A DNA stretch of 64,000 nucleotides from Armatimonadota bacterium (GTDB taxonomy: Bacteria; Armatimonadota; UBA5829; DSUL01). Below are positions 53,606-63,016 of the stretch, piece by piece; position 1 is the stretch's first letter; every line of letters begins with the position of its first letter. Location: assembly GCA_039811685.1 (NCBI GenBank), contig JBDHZC010000007.1, positions 104,654 to 168,653 on the forward strand. Reading direction: 5' to 3'. The position numbers and the translations under genes were made by a program. The notes under the pieces were generated by a model that worked only from the letters and a program-made list of their open reading frames with translations, was not told the DNA's origin and searched no databases.

Positions 53606-53634
53606 CAGGCCGCGAGTTTGACACTCGCGGCCTG
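53606..53634. terminator. Inverted repeat between convergent genes, probable bidirectional terminator
   Basis: 12-bp stem CAGGCCGCGAGT / ACTCGCGGCCTG. Confidence 0.6.
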
Positions 53635-53663
53635 CAAGTACAAGCGCCTGTAGAGTGAGCCGC

Positions 53664-56483
53664 CTACGGATTGCGGACTTCCATTTCCGCGTCTCTGGAC
53701 CTAGCCCTCAGCACACGGATGTTCTGTCCGTTGACCCTTTCAGCGGTGATCACTCCTACTATGGTCAGGTACTCTCCTTCCGCTGGAATGGACGAGGAGT
53801 CTATAATTTTTACTCCGCGCTGTCCCGGAATGAGCGGGTCCACCTGACTGCCATCATCGAGAAGGAAGTAGGAGTCTATGTAGTTGACATAGGAAACACG
53901 GCCTGAGATCATCACAAGGAGGCCCTGGTTTTCCGCCCCATGACCGGCGCTGTCTATGTAGGTCTCACCGCCCAGACTCCGGTTGGTGATATAGCGGATT
54001 GGTGTGGTAGCCTGCGCGTCACCCAGCGTGAACGTCGCGTCACGCAGCACCCTCTCACCATTCGGATTAGTGCCTATAACGCCCTTGAGGCGCACGCTGT
54101 CTCCTACTGTCGAGATCCACGCTGTTCCCGAACCAGTCTTGCTGGCTGCTCCTGCTGAGGGCAGAGTGGGCATGGTGGTCTCAACGCGAATGCCAGCGCT
54201 TCCATCCGGATCCTGCGCATAGAACACGCCCGCCTCTCCCAGTGGAACAAGCGTTACAACGCTGTCCGCTGTGAACTCCGCAAACGAATGGTCGGCAAGC
54301 TGGCGAGCCTTTCCAACGCTGGCAACTTCTGTAGGCTCAGGCGTCGCGCCGGTCAGGCGCACATCATCCACAGCCATCAGGTTGACCTGGAGGCCCCACA
54401 GCTGCACCAGCCGGACAAACACAGTCACCGCATTGGACTGTGCCACAACAGGCGGAGTGGTGAAGTCATCCGTCCAGACACCAAGGTTCGTCTCTGGCGC
54501 TGGAAATATCCGGTAATCCTCCGACCACTTCTGGGCCCAGACTATGCCGGGATTCAACGGGTCCACACCACCCATCGGGTCAATCCCCACCCAGACCTGT
54601 ACATCCGACCACTGCGCATCCCCAATCCCAAATGGGCCAGGGGTCTCTTCCGAGGCGTTCGCCGCTCTTGCGATTGTTACGTAGTCAAAGCTCGCTTGAT
54701 AGGTCTCTCCGGGGACAGCCTGGACACGTTGGCACACACCACCCCCCTTTATCGTATGGCTGGCCATCGAGCCGAGGAAATAGCTTCCCTCGTTAGCCTT
54801 GACTAGGCCCCACCATTCCTGCGTCCCTGAAGACGGATATGGCCCCACAAGACCATCCACGGCCAACGCCGGATAGACCGTGAAAGGCTTCCACGGCGCC
54901 AACGTATGCTGATACTGGTCATCCAGGTCGTCGAAGCCTCCATTGCGCAGGAAAGGCTCCGCCGGACCCGGTGTCTCGAACGTTGCATTTCGGGATACAG
55001 CGGCCTCATAGCCAGGGGCCTCGCTTACGACCCGATACGTGTAAACGTGCTGTGGGTCCAGTCCAGTCACAACAACCGAATGCTGCTGAGTCAGGCCGGT
55101 CTGCACGGTTTGCAGATCGTACTTGATGCCTTCATCGTCATTCTGCCAGTCTGGATCGTACTGAACCGTAGAAGCAGAGGGCACGTCCGTCTCCCAGATT
55201 ATCTCGAAAGAGGAATCTGAGAGCTGCCGCGCCTGCGGGCCATCCACAATGTTTATCAGTGGTTCTGTCGCCTCGGTGAGGGACACGTTGTCGATGTCCA
55301 GATGGGCGCCGTTTTCCGCGCCTTCTTTGGTGGCCTTGAGACCGGATATCCAGACCGATGTGGCCGGTCCGGTAGCGCTCAGCCGAGTGTGGTAATGACT
55401 CCACTGATCCCGGTCCAGCACCGTGCCCGGATCAGCCCATACAACGGTCGAAGCCTGCGGATTGAAAGTCTGACCAGTGAGGTCATAACCGTAACTCCCA
55501 ACCAGCATTCCCGGAAACGCGTCGGCCACCTTGAGGTCCATTTCAAGGTCGTAATCTTTGCCTGCAATGGTAGGAACTGTCTGCACGATCCCCGCATACC
55601 ACGAATCCATGTACGTTATGATTCGCTGGAACTCGTTACCGGGGAGGCTGTCGGCAGACTGGATCTCGCCCGGGCTGTGCCACATTGTCGGGTCCACAGG
55701 GTTCACGTAACGGCTGGGTGGAGGCGGAACGGACCACTCGGTCCAAGCCGCACCGACATACCCATCTGAAGCCCAGAAGGGATGACGCCAGTAACCTGCC
55801 TCAAAGTCGCCATTCAGCAAAAGAGCGGCCGGTCTGACCGGGGCGTTCGGATCGTCCGGGGCGAAGGCGCCCGCGTGATAGACGTACCAAAAGTCGAGCC
55901 ATGTTTCCGCGGTCTGGTCCACAGCGTTGGAGCCAAAGCGAAGGTCTATCGCATCCGGAGTCGTCTTGCCCTGACCCGTAGACACCAGATTCCAGGACTG
56001 GCCATCAAGCACCCACAGCTTGTACTGCTGGGTGAATGAATCCATCTTGAACCAGATCGTAGTCCAGGTATCGGCTGGCATCGCCCAGGAATTCCCGACA
56101 CCAGTCACCACAGTCCACGTCCCGTTCTGCCACTCCATCTGCAGGCGGCCGTACGATCCATCCATCAACTGTAGCCGCAGCGCCTGGGCGCCCGAAGCTG
56201 ATACCGCCTTAAAGCGTGCGTGGACAGTCAGGCCTTGCGCCGGATCCGGCCAGCGAGTGCGTTGTATCTGCGCTTTTGCGGAATTGGACACCATCCTGTA
56301 CGCCCAGTTGCCATCTCCGAGATTAACGCTCGAAAGTGAGCCGGGAGCACCATTGTACCACCACTGCCCTACTCCCAGCATGCCAGGATTGCCATCCAGG
56401 TACTCATCCCAGGTCGTGCCAGATGCCGACCCTAAACAGACGGCCAGCAGAAAAGCGCAGACCGCCATAGTCAGTTTTGTCAT
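53664..56483 (-). CDS. Large secreted modular protein (beta-sandwich/CBM-like modules, FN3-like domain, unnamed C-terminal domain)
   Basis: Signal peptide from ATG 56483; two NGxF-starting modules ending DNVSL/DDVRL; FN3-like WETDVP...HSVVVTGL...YTYRV. Confidence 0.8.
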   Translation of the reverse strand: MTKLTMAVCAFLLAVCLGSASGTTWDEYLDGNPGMLGVGQWWYNGAPGSLSSVNLGDGNWAYRMVSNSAKAQIQRTRWPDPAQGLTVHARFKAVSASGAQALRLQLMDGSYGRLQMEWQNGTWTVVTGVGNSWAMPADTWTTIWFKMDSFTQQYKLWVLDGQSWNLVSTGQGKTTPDAIDLRFGSNAVDQTAETWLDFWYVYHAGAFAPDDPNAPVRPAALLLNGDFEAGYWRHPFWASDGYVGAAWTEWSVPPPPSRYVNPVDPTMWHSPGEIQSADSLPGNEFQRIITYMDSWYAGIVQTVPTIAGKDYDLEMDLKVADAFPGMLVGSYGYDLTGQTFNPQASTVVWADPGTVLDRDQWSHYHTRLSATGPATSVWISGLKATKEGAENGAHLDIDNVSLTEATEPLINIVDGPQARQLSDSSFEIIWETDVPSASTVQYDPDWQNDDEGIKYDLQTVQTGLTQQHSVVVTGLDPQHVYTYRVVSEAPGYEAAVSRNATFETPGPAEPFLRNGGFDDLDDQYQHTLAPWKPFTVYPALAVDGLVGPYPSSGTQEWWGLVKANEGSYFLGSMASHTIKGGGVCQRVQAVPGETYQASFDYVTIARAANASEETPGPFGIGDAQWSDVQVWVGIDPMGGVDPLNPGIVWAQKWSEDYRIFPAPETNLGVWTDDFTTPPVVAQSNAVTVFVRLVQLWGLQVNLMAVDDVRLTGATPEPTEVASVGKARQLADHSFAEFTADSVVTLVPLGEAGVFYAQDPDGSAGIRVETTMPTLPSAGAASKTGSGTAWISTVGDSVRLKGVIGTNPNGERVLRDATFTLGDAQATTPIRYITNRSLGGETYIDSAGHGAENQGLLVMISGRVSYVNYIDSYFLLDDGSQVDPLIPGQRGVKIIDSSSIPAEGEYLTIVGVITAERVNGQNIRVLRARSRDAEMEVRNP

Positions 56484-56958
56484 TGTTTCCCCCGCAAACC
56501 ATCCAAAGACGGTTCGTGCCAGTACGCTCTCCAGAGTCTTCGGAGAAGCATCAGCGTTACTGAATTGGTTCCATAATAACAGAAATCTGCCGCCCGGTAT
56601 AGCTGAGGAAGTCCCATCTGCCATACAATCGCATCACGTGAGGAGCCTTTTGAAGAAGAGTGCGAAGACGCGGGCGACGAGCTGAGACGCACGCAACCCT
56701 CTGTTTGATCGGAATCGGATAACATCGAATGGTGAGCGGCAAAGAAGATGGTCGCCTCACGCTGGAGGACTCGGGGAATACCTAACCGCAAATGAACCAC
56801 CATCGGCTATATATAAGTTTGCGTATTAACCAAAGACAATCTTGGACACATTCTGGCATCAAACGGCGACAAGCCTCACCGTTTGACCTGGGACAACTGG
56901 GCAGAGTCTCTGGCCAGCAAGTGCGCTGCCAAGTCTTTTCACTGGACGACGTAATCGA

Positions 56959-57837
56959 ATGAGTTCACCCGTCGTCATTGCCACCTGGACATTTGGAAGG
57001 CTCGCGTGTGAGGCAGCGCGACCTGTTCTGGCTGAGGGAGGTGTGGCTCTCGACGCTGTGGAAGCCGGAGCAACTGCCGTTGAACTTGATGAGTCAGTGA
57101 CAAGCGTCGGTTGGGGCGGCCTGCCAAACGCAGCCGGTGAGATGGAACTGGACGCCGTGATTATGGACGGGCGGACTCACGACGCTGGCGCGGTGGCTGC
57201 CCTGCAGGGATTTCGAACCCCCACAAGGGTAGCGCGATGTGTGATGGAGCGCACAAGACACACAATGCTGGTGGGCGCCAACGCTCGCAGCTTCGCTCTC
57301 AGTCAGGGGTTTCAAGAAGAGCCGATGCTTTCCAGCGGCGCACAACGCCGGTGGGAAGAGTGGCGACGTGAGCAAAGGGAGCCCGAGGGACACGACACGG
57401 TTGGTGTGTGCGCGTTGGACGCGCGCGGAAATCTTGCTGGAGTCTGCACAACCTCCGGGCTTGCGTGGAAGCTGCCCGGACGCGTGGGCGACACGCCTAT
57501 CATCGGGTCCGGTCTCTATGTGGACAACGATATCGGGGTTGCGGCAGCTACGGGCAATGGCGATGAGATTATGAAGTGCTGCCTCAGCGCCCGTGTGGTA
57601 TGGCTGATGAGCATTGGCAGGACAGCCCAGACTGCGTGCGAGGAGGCTATCGCCTACCTGCTCCGCAAGCGCCCGAACGCCAACGGGATGGAAGCCGCAT
57701 GCGTCGCTATCGCGAAGGACGGCGCGACAGGCTCCGCGGCCACGCAGGCAGGTTTTGACACTCAGCAGTGGATGTATGCGGTGTGGCGCGGCAGTGACAT
57801 CGAAGTGAGAGAAGGCGTCTACGTGCCCTACCCGTAG
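56959..57837 (+). CDS. Asparaginase-2 family Ntn hydrolase (glycosylasparaginase or isoaspartyl peptidase)
   Basis: ELDAVIMDG, GHDTVG autocleavage site, GRVGDTP and ATGNGD. Confidence 0.92.
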   Translation: MSSPVVIATWTFGRLACEAARPVLAEGGVALDAVEAGATAVELDESVTSVGWGGLPNAAGEMELDAVIMDGRTHDAGAVAALQGFRTPTRVARCVMERTRHTMLVGANARSFALSQGFQEEPMLSSGAQRRWEEWRREQREPEGHDTVGVCALDARGNLAGVCTTSGLAWKLPGRVGDTPIIGSGLYVDNDIGVAAATGNGDEIMKCCLSARVVWLMSIGRTAQTACEEAIAYLLRKRPNANGMEAACVAIAKDGATGSAATQAGFDTQQWMYAVWRGSDIEVREGVYVPYP

Positions 57838-57975
57838 TCTGCCGCTACAGTAAAGCTCTCACCCTCTACAACGGTGAGACACGGCCATTAGCTTTCTCAC
57901 CCAAGCGATGCTCCCGCCAATACCTACAGCAAAAGCCGACCGAAATCGCGGACGTCTCAGACCGCTTGGCGCTCC

Positions 57976-59451
57976 CTAGACCACTGACTCCGCCATCTCC
58001 AGATGCGGAAGCGGCTCTTCTTCGATGTCGGCGAGCATGCGGCGGACAACCTCACGCGCGGGATATCTCAGCCCGTACTCAGCGATAATCTGTTTGACCA
58101 TTGAGAAGTCTTCGCCAAGCGTCACCAGCGGGTGTTCAAGGTATCCAGTTTTCGGCTGGTGTTGCGGAAGTCCCACATTGGCGACCAGCGCATTGCACAG
58201 GCATTTGCGGTTCTCGGTATCTTCCAGCTTTCCGCCCTTTGCTACATAGTGAGCTACGGGCTCACTTGGACAGCGGTAACCAACGGAGCCATCGGGTTTC
58301 TTGTACGCCCGGCGCAAATAGCCCAGGTCGCAGATTCTCGGCCGCGCCTCGTACGCTGGCAACTCAGAGAGCGTGTCTTCAAGCTCCGCCACTTTGAATG
58401 GGAATCCGGATGGTGAAGCCACCGGATCCGTAAACATCTCGAGAGTGCCCTCCTGAACCTTGCGCAGGAGCCGCTCCTTGAGATCAGGCGCCAGACCTGA
58501 ATCCTGGCTGAGTGCAAAAACTGTACCTGCCTGGATGCCGGCGGCGCCCCGGTTCAGCGCTTCTCGCAGCCGGTCCGGCTGCCCGTACGAACCCGCCAGC
58601 CAGAACGGCAATCCGAGCTCGCACATCTTGTCGAGATCCGGCACGTCCCTCTCGCCGTAGATCGGCTCTCCGCGGTCATTGAGCTGCACTTTTCCGCGCG
58701 GTGGAGCGTTATGCCCACCCGCGGTCGGCCCCTCCACAACAAAACCGTTCACGCGGCCCGTGGCCTTTGTGGCCAACATCAACGCCAGCGTATGAGAAGC
58801 GACGATGGCGATAAAGTCCGGCCGCTTCAGGGGCGCCTCAGGATGCTTGATGACGTCGCGTGGGTTGAAGTCCATGGTGAAGACGTCGTCGGGGTCGGCG
58901 TCTTCCACAGTCAGGCGCATGGACACAGGCTCGTGCTGGGAGAATTTGTCAAGGATACCCGGAATCTGAATCGGGATGCCTGCGCCCATGAGAACATAGT
59001 CCACACCCGCAAGCAATGCCCCGTAGAAGCCGACAAGGTTGGGTATCTGCAGCTTTTCCAGATAGTTGATCCCGATCGGCCTGTTGTGCGTTTCTTTCGC
59101 CAGCCATACTTCGCAGAAGTTGGCCGCCACGGTGAGTTCGACGAGGCGCTTGCTGGGACGCACACTTGCAAGAGGAATCAGCTTGAAAGGCGCATCTGGA
59201 TCCTTGCCGCCCTCGATGAAATAGTCCGCCAGAATGCGCTCCGCAATATCCTGGTCGGGGAAGTGCGCCAGCGCGCGGCGCATATGGCCTCCCTCGTCGC
59301 CAAGCTGGAGCCGCCGCGCCAGGACCGTATCGAGGACCGTCCCAGAGACGACGCCAAGCTGCCCTGTCTGGGCAACCGCCCTCGCCAACACCCAGTTTGA
59401 GACAGCCACGCCCATACCACCCTGGATAATCCGCGGTCGATCTTCAGTCAT
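57976..59451 (-). CDS. Nitronate monooxygenase family flavoprotein
   Basis: IIQGGMGVAVS, EGPTAGGHN and GIQAGTVF; C-terminal Cys cluster. Confidence 0.85.
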   Translation of the reverse strand: MTEDRPRIIQGGMGVAVSNWVLARAVAQTGQLGVVSGTVLDTVLARRLQLGDEGGHMRRALAHFPDQDIAERILADYFIEGGKDPDAPFKLIPLASVRPSKRLVELTVAANFCEVWLAKETHNRPIGINYLEKLQIPNLVGFYGALLAGVDYVLMGAGIPIQIPGILDKFSQHEPVSMRLTVEDADPDDVFTMDFNPRDVIKHPEAPLKRPDFIAIVASHTLALMLATKATGRVNGFVVEGPTAGGHNAPPRGKVQLNDRGEPIYGERDVPDLDKMCELGLPFWLAGSYGQPDRLREALNRGAAGIQAGTVFALSQDSGLAPDLKERLLRKVQEGTLEMFTDPVASPSGFPFKVAELEDTLSELPAYEARPRICDLGYLRRAYKKPDGSVGYRCPSEPVAHYVAKGGKLEDTENRKCLCNALVANVGLPQHQPKTGYLEHPLVTLGEDFSMVKQIIAEYGLRYPAREVVRRMLADIEEEPLPHLEMAESVV

Positions 59452-59646
59452 GCATTCTCCAGTCTCCGTCCGAGAAAATATGCCCGCTCAGCGCACTCGT
59501 GGGCAAGTGACATTATAGTAGTTTTGGAGTGCGCTGTGGTAGCGCTCCGGGAAAGTTCGCAGCCGTTGTTGGCTGCGCTCGGCGCTCATCAAGAGCATAG
59601 TCTGTTGTCTGATCACGAAAAGTATGGAGGAGACGTACCAGCGCAT

Positions 59647-59675
59647 TTGACACGGACAACCTGAAACCTTACAAT
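59647..59675 (+). promoter_or_regulatory. Sigma70 promoter of the GH5-like gene
   Basis: TTGACA-17 nt-TACAAT. Confidence 0.7.
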
Positions 59676-59796
59676 AAGAGCAAGTAGAACCGGCGTAATC
59701 TGGGACGTCTCGGTGCTGCAGGACTCCACACGGCGCTGAGTATACTGCGATAAGCGCAGATGCAGTGCGGCGTACCCTGCGGTTCTTCATGATACC

Positions 59797-62565
59797 ATGG
59801 CCACGCAGCCCCCTGGCGCCGGCGTCGTAGAAACTGAAAGGCCGCTGCTCTTGAAGGCTCTCAGCACCCTCACCGTTGCCCTGTCACTATCCGCCCAGAT
59901 ACTGGCTCCTCGCGCCAGTCTGGCGACGCCACTCACCGCACATGGACGCGCTCAGATTGTCGGTTCTTCCGCCGGACACTTCTGGCTTAATGGCGAGCCT
60001 TTCCGGTTCATTGGTCACAACGTGCGCGGGTTTATTCACTACGGTGAAGGCGATGTGTTGTATTGGTCGCAACCCCAGGATCGCATTCTGAGCCTTCAGG
60101 TGTTGCAAAACACCGGTGGCCGGGTAATTCGCGTGTTCGGGTCAAACAAGTATCTCTCCAATGAAGAACTTGGCGACAGGCTCGAGTATTGCCTGAATCT
60201 GGCGAACTCCTACGGCATCAAAATCCTGTATGCGTTCACGGACTACTACTACAACGGATTCCATCCAAAAGGGGACGACAAATACTATTCCCCGTCAGGT
60301 GGCTACACACTTCTGAACGACAGCTTCTTTACCGGCGGATATCAGGAGAACTACCTGCCACAGGTGGTCTATCTAGTGAACAGGTTCAAGGACCATCCCG
60401 CACTGTTTGCATGGGAGCTTGGCAATGAGGTCAAACATCCGGCAAATCCGAATGCGTTCTACAACTTCTGCATGTATATGCACAGCGTCATCCGCTCGAT
60501 AGACCCGAACCATATGATTGACATCGGGCTGATCAGCACCTATCCGCACACAGGCTGGAACCAGACGCAGGCCAACACAGTCCACTCAACCTTCGACTTT
60601 CTTTCCCTGCACGTCTACAACGGCGAAGAATCGAACGAGATGAACTACGCAAATGTAGTCGGAAAGCCTCTGCTTGTGGGAGAGGCGGGTTTCAGCTCTG
60701 GAGACCGCCCACAGAGCACAAGCAACGATATCGCGAAGTGGATTGGGCGGGGAGCGCGCGGCTATATGCAGTGGGGGCTAATGGCTTCTGCCGGTGACAA
60801 CGGCGATGGAGACCGCAGTTTTGGAATTGACCAGGTCTGGCACACGGACTGGGACGACTACCTTCTGATGTACTCGAACTGGGCCCAGCAGCTTGCAACT
60901 ACGTCAACTCCGCCAGCCGTCACGCCACGTGGGGTATCGGCGACTGACGGCGCCTACCCAGACAAAGTCACAGTAACCTGGGACTTCGAGCCAAGCGCAA
61001 AGCAGTATGCGGTTTTTCGGTCCGACACTCCGGGCGGACAAAAGACACAGATCAGCGCCTGGAGCTTGACGCTTTCCTATGATGACACGTCTGCGATTCC
61101 AGGAGTCACTTACAGCTACAGCGTCAAGGCAAGGAACAACGGTGGAGAGAGCGGCTTCAGCAGCGCTGACGCGGGATCGGCTGCATCTGGCGCGTACGGG
61201 TCGGTCTCAGGCGTCGTCCGAGACCAGCAAAGCAACCTTGTGGCGGGTGTGAAGGTCATCTTGAGTCCTGGTGAATACACGCAGACGACTGGGGGAGACG
61301 GCGCGTACGCGTTTGGTTTCGTCCCCGCTGGAAACTACAGTCTCACCGCTTTGAAGACGGGCTGGCAACCGGCACACGTCTCTCAGATCGAGGTGGCTCA
61401 GAGCCAGAATGCCGTGGCGGATGTCAGCCTCAAGCTGCTGAGCGCGATTCAACAGATCAAAGCTCTTGAGGATGGAGCATCTGTAGCTACCGGCGGGGTG
61501 GTTACGGCGGTGTCAGGCGAAGGCAGCGCTCGCCGAATCTATATTCAGAGTCCAGATCGAAGCGGAGGAATAGGCGTTCTCACATCGGAGAATGTCTCCG
61601 AAAACGACAGCGCGCTGATAGACGGAACTCTTGTCACGGTTGACGGCGAGCGCCTGCTCCAGGCCTCCGCAGTTCACATCCTTGGTGTCAGTGAGCCTGC
61701 GAGAGCGCTTTCGATGGGCAATAAAGCGCTTGGCGGTGGAGCGTGCGGCCTGCAGAGCGCGGTTGTGGACAACGCTGCTTCAAACCAGGTTTCACCACGG
61801 CTGAACAACGTCGGGCTTCTGGTCACAACATGGGGGCGTGTCAGCTTTGTCAGCGCGGACGGCTTGTTCTTCTATCTGGACGATGGATCGGGGATTTCTG
61901 ACGGGAGCGGACATACGGGAGTCCGGGTTTGGTGTGAAGGCCTGCCACGCCCGGCGCAAGGGCAGTCTATCTGGGTGCGTGGTATCTCAGGAGTCACTGT
62001 GCTTGGTGGCAGAGTCGTGAGGCTTCTCAGGCCGCGCTCGCTCGCTGACCTTTCCTACCTGACCCACATCGAGCTCGTCAATGCGGGCTTTGAAACCGGA
62101 ACGCTGCAGGGGTGGACAGAGTACAACCCGACAGATAAGGTGATTTCGGGTACGTGGTTCGGAAGCATCACGGCTCATTCGGGTCAGAAGTTTCTCGGAA
62201 GCGCTGCCAACGGCGGCATGAAAAGTGGGGGCGTCTATCAGCGCGTCGCCACTGCGGCCGGCCTGAGCCTGCAGGCCAGAGTCTGGAGCCGGGTGTACCA
62301 CCTTGGCAATCCCGCGGACTCGGCGCAAAACAAGGTTGGAATTGACCCGGCCGGAGGCACAAATCCTAACGCGGGGACAGTTCAATGGTCTCCAGCAGAT
62401 ATCCAGCCCGTCGAAGCTTTCAGCGAGTGGACGCAGCTTTCGACGCCGGTTGTTCAGGCGACAGGCGAATACGTGACGGTGTTTCTGGATATGCGCCACA
62501 CAACAGCGGCGCAGTGGAAGGTGAATGCGCTGGACGACGCTGAGCTGGCCGTCGTCATTCCATGA
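59797..62565 (+). CDS. Secreted modular glycoside hydrolase (GH5 mannanase-like, FN3, carboxypeptidase-regulatory-like and unnamed domains)
   Basis: FRFIGHN, AWELGNE (acid/base), SLHVY, VGEAG (nucleophile) and MQW. True start may be TTG 59851. Confidence 0.85.
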   Translation: MATQPPGAGVVETERPLLLKALSTLTVALSLSAQILAPRASLATPLTAHGRAQIVGSSAGHFWLNGEPFRFIGHNVRGFIHYGEGDVLYWSQPQDRILSLQVLQNTGGRVIRVFGSNKYLSNEELGDRLEYCLNLANSYGIKILYAFTDYYYNGFHPKGDDKYYSPSGGYTLLNDSFFTGGYQENYLPQVVYLVNRFKDHPALFAWELGNEVKHPANPNAFYNFCMYMHSVIRSIDPNHMIDIGLISTYPHTGWNQTQANTVHSTFDFLSLHVYNGEESNEMNYANVVGKPLLVGEAGFSSGDRPQSTSNDIAKWIGRGARGYMQWGLMASAGDNGDGDRSFGIDQVWHTDWDDYLLMYSNWAQQLATTSTPPAVTPRGVSATDGAYPDKVTVTWDFEPSAKQYAVFRSDTPGGQKTQISAWSLTLSYDDTSAIPGVTYSYSVKARNNGGESGFSSADAGSAASGAYGSVSGVVRDQQSNLVAGVKVILSPGEYTQTTGGDGAYAFGFVPAGNYSLTALKTGWQPAHVSQIEVAQSQNAVADVSLKLLSAIQQIKALEDGASVATGGVVTAVSGEGSARRIYIQSPDRSGGIGVLTSENVSENDSALIDGTLVTVDGERLLQASAVHILGVSEPARALSMGNKALGGGACGLQSAVVDNAASNQVSPRLNNVGLLVTTWGRVSFVSADGLFFYLDDGSGISDGSGHTGVRVWCEGLPRPAQGQSIWVRGISGVTVLGGRVVRLLRPRSLADLSYLTHIELVNAGFETGTLQGWTEYNPTDKVISGTWFGSITAHSGQKFLGSAANGGMKSGGVYQRVATAAGLSLQARVWSRVYHLGNPADSAQNKVGIDPAGGTNPNAGTVQWSPADIQPVEAFSEWTQLSTPVVQATGEYVTVFLDMRHTTAAQWKVNALDDAELAVVIP

Positions 62566-62596
62566 CTTTTAAGTGATGAGCAGCTCCGAGTGAGAC

Positions 62597-62627
62597 AAAA
62601 AAAGCCCGGCTGAGTAATCCACCGGGC
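62597..62627 (-). terminator. Rho-independent terminator of the ferredoxin gene
   Basis: Minus strand GCCCGG...CCGGGC followed by T7. Confidence 0.7.
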
Positions 62628-62656
62628 GTACAGACTCTCTACTGAGCGCGCTTGCG

Positions 62657-62845
62657 CTAATCCTCAATCTCGATAGCGGCAGTCGGACAACCTTCACACG
62701 CGCTGCGAACGGCGTCTTCCATATCTGCAGGCACTTCATCGACTTTCACAATAGCGACGCCGTCAACAATTTCGAACACGCCTGGCGCTTCTTCCACGCA
62801 GAAGCCTTCGCCAGCGCAGTTCTCTTCTATTACTTTGACCTTCAT
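62657..62845 (-). CDS. Monocluster ferredoxin (62 aa)
   Basis: CAGEGFC...APGVF...CEGCPTAAI; GAGGAG RBS before ATG 62845. Confidence 0.92.
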   Translation of the reverse strand: MKVKVIEENCAGEGFCVEEAPGVFEIVDGVAIVKVDEVPADMEDAVRSACEGCPTAAIEIED

Positions 62846-63016
62846 TCTGTGCTCCTCGGAATGGTCGGATTTCGCCAGAGGTGCGCTCCGGCTGTGCAAA
62901 AGTCCAGGACAGCACCCTTGCATTATTATTTTAAGACAGTCGAAGCTCGGAATCTATAGGACTTGCGTACTAGGCCCAATGCCCCAATCGGGCCACTACC
63001 CCGGCAGGCCGTTGTT

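Noticed and set aside
47428..53646. TACAAGCG on both sides of the RM locus as a possible att site or target duplication
   Set aside because: Only 8 bp, with no integrase, transposase or tRNA nearby; likely chance.
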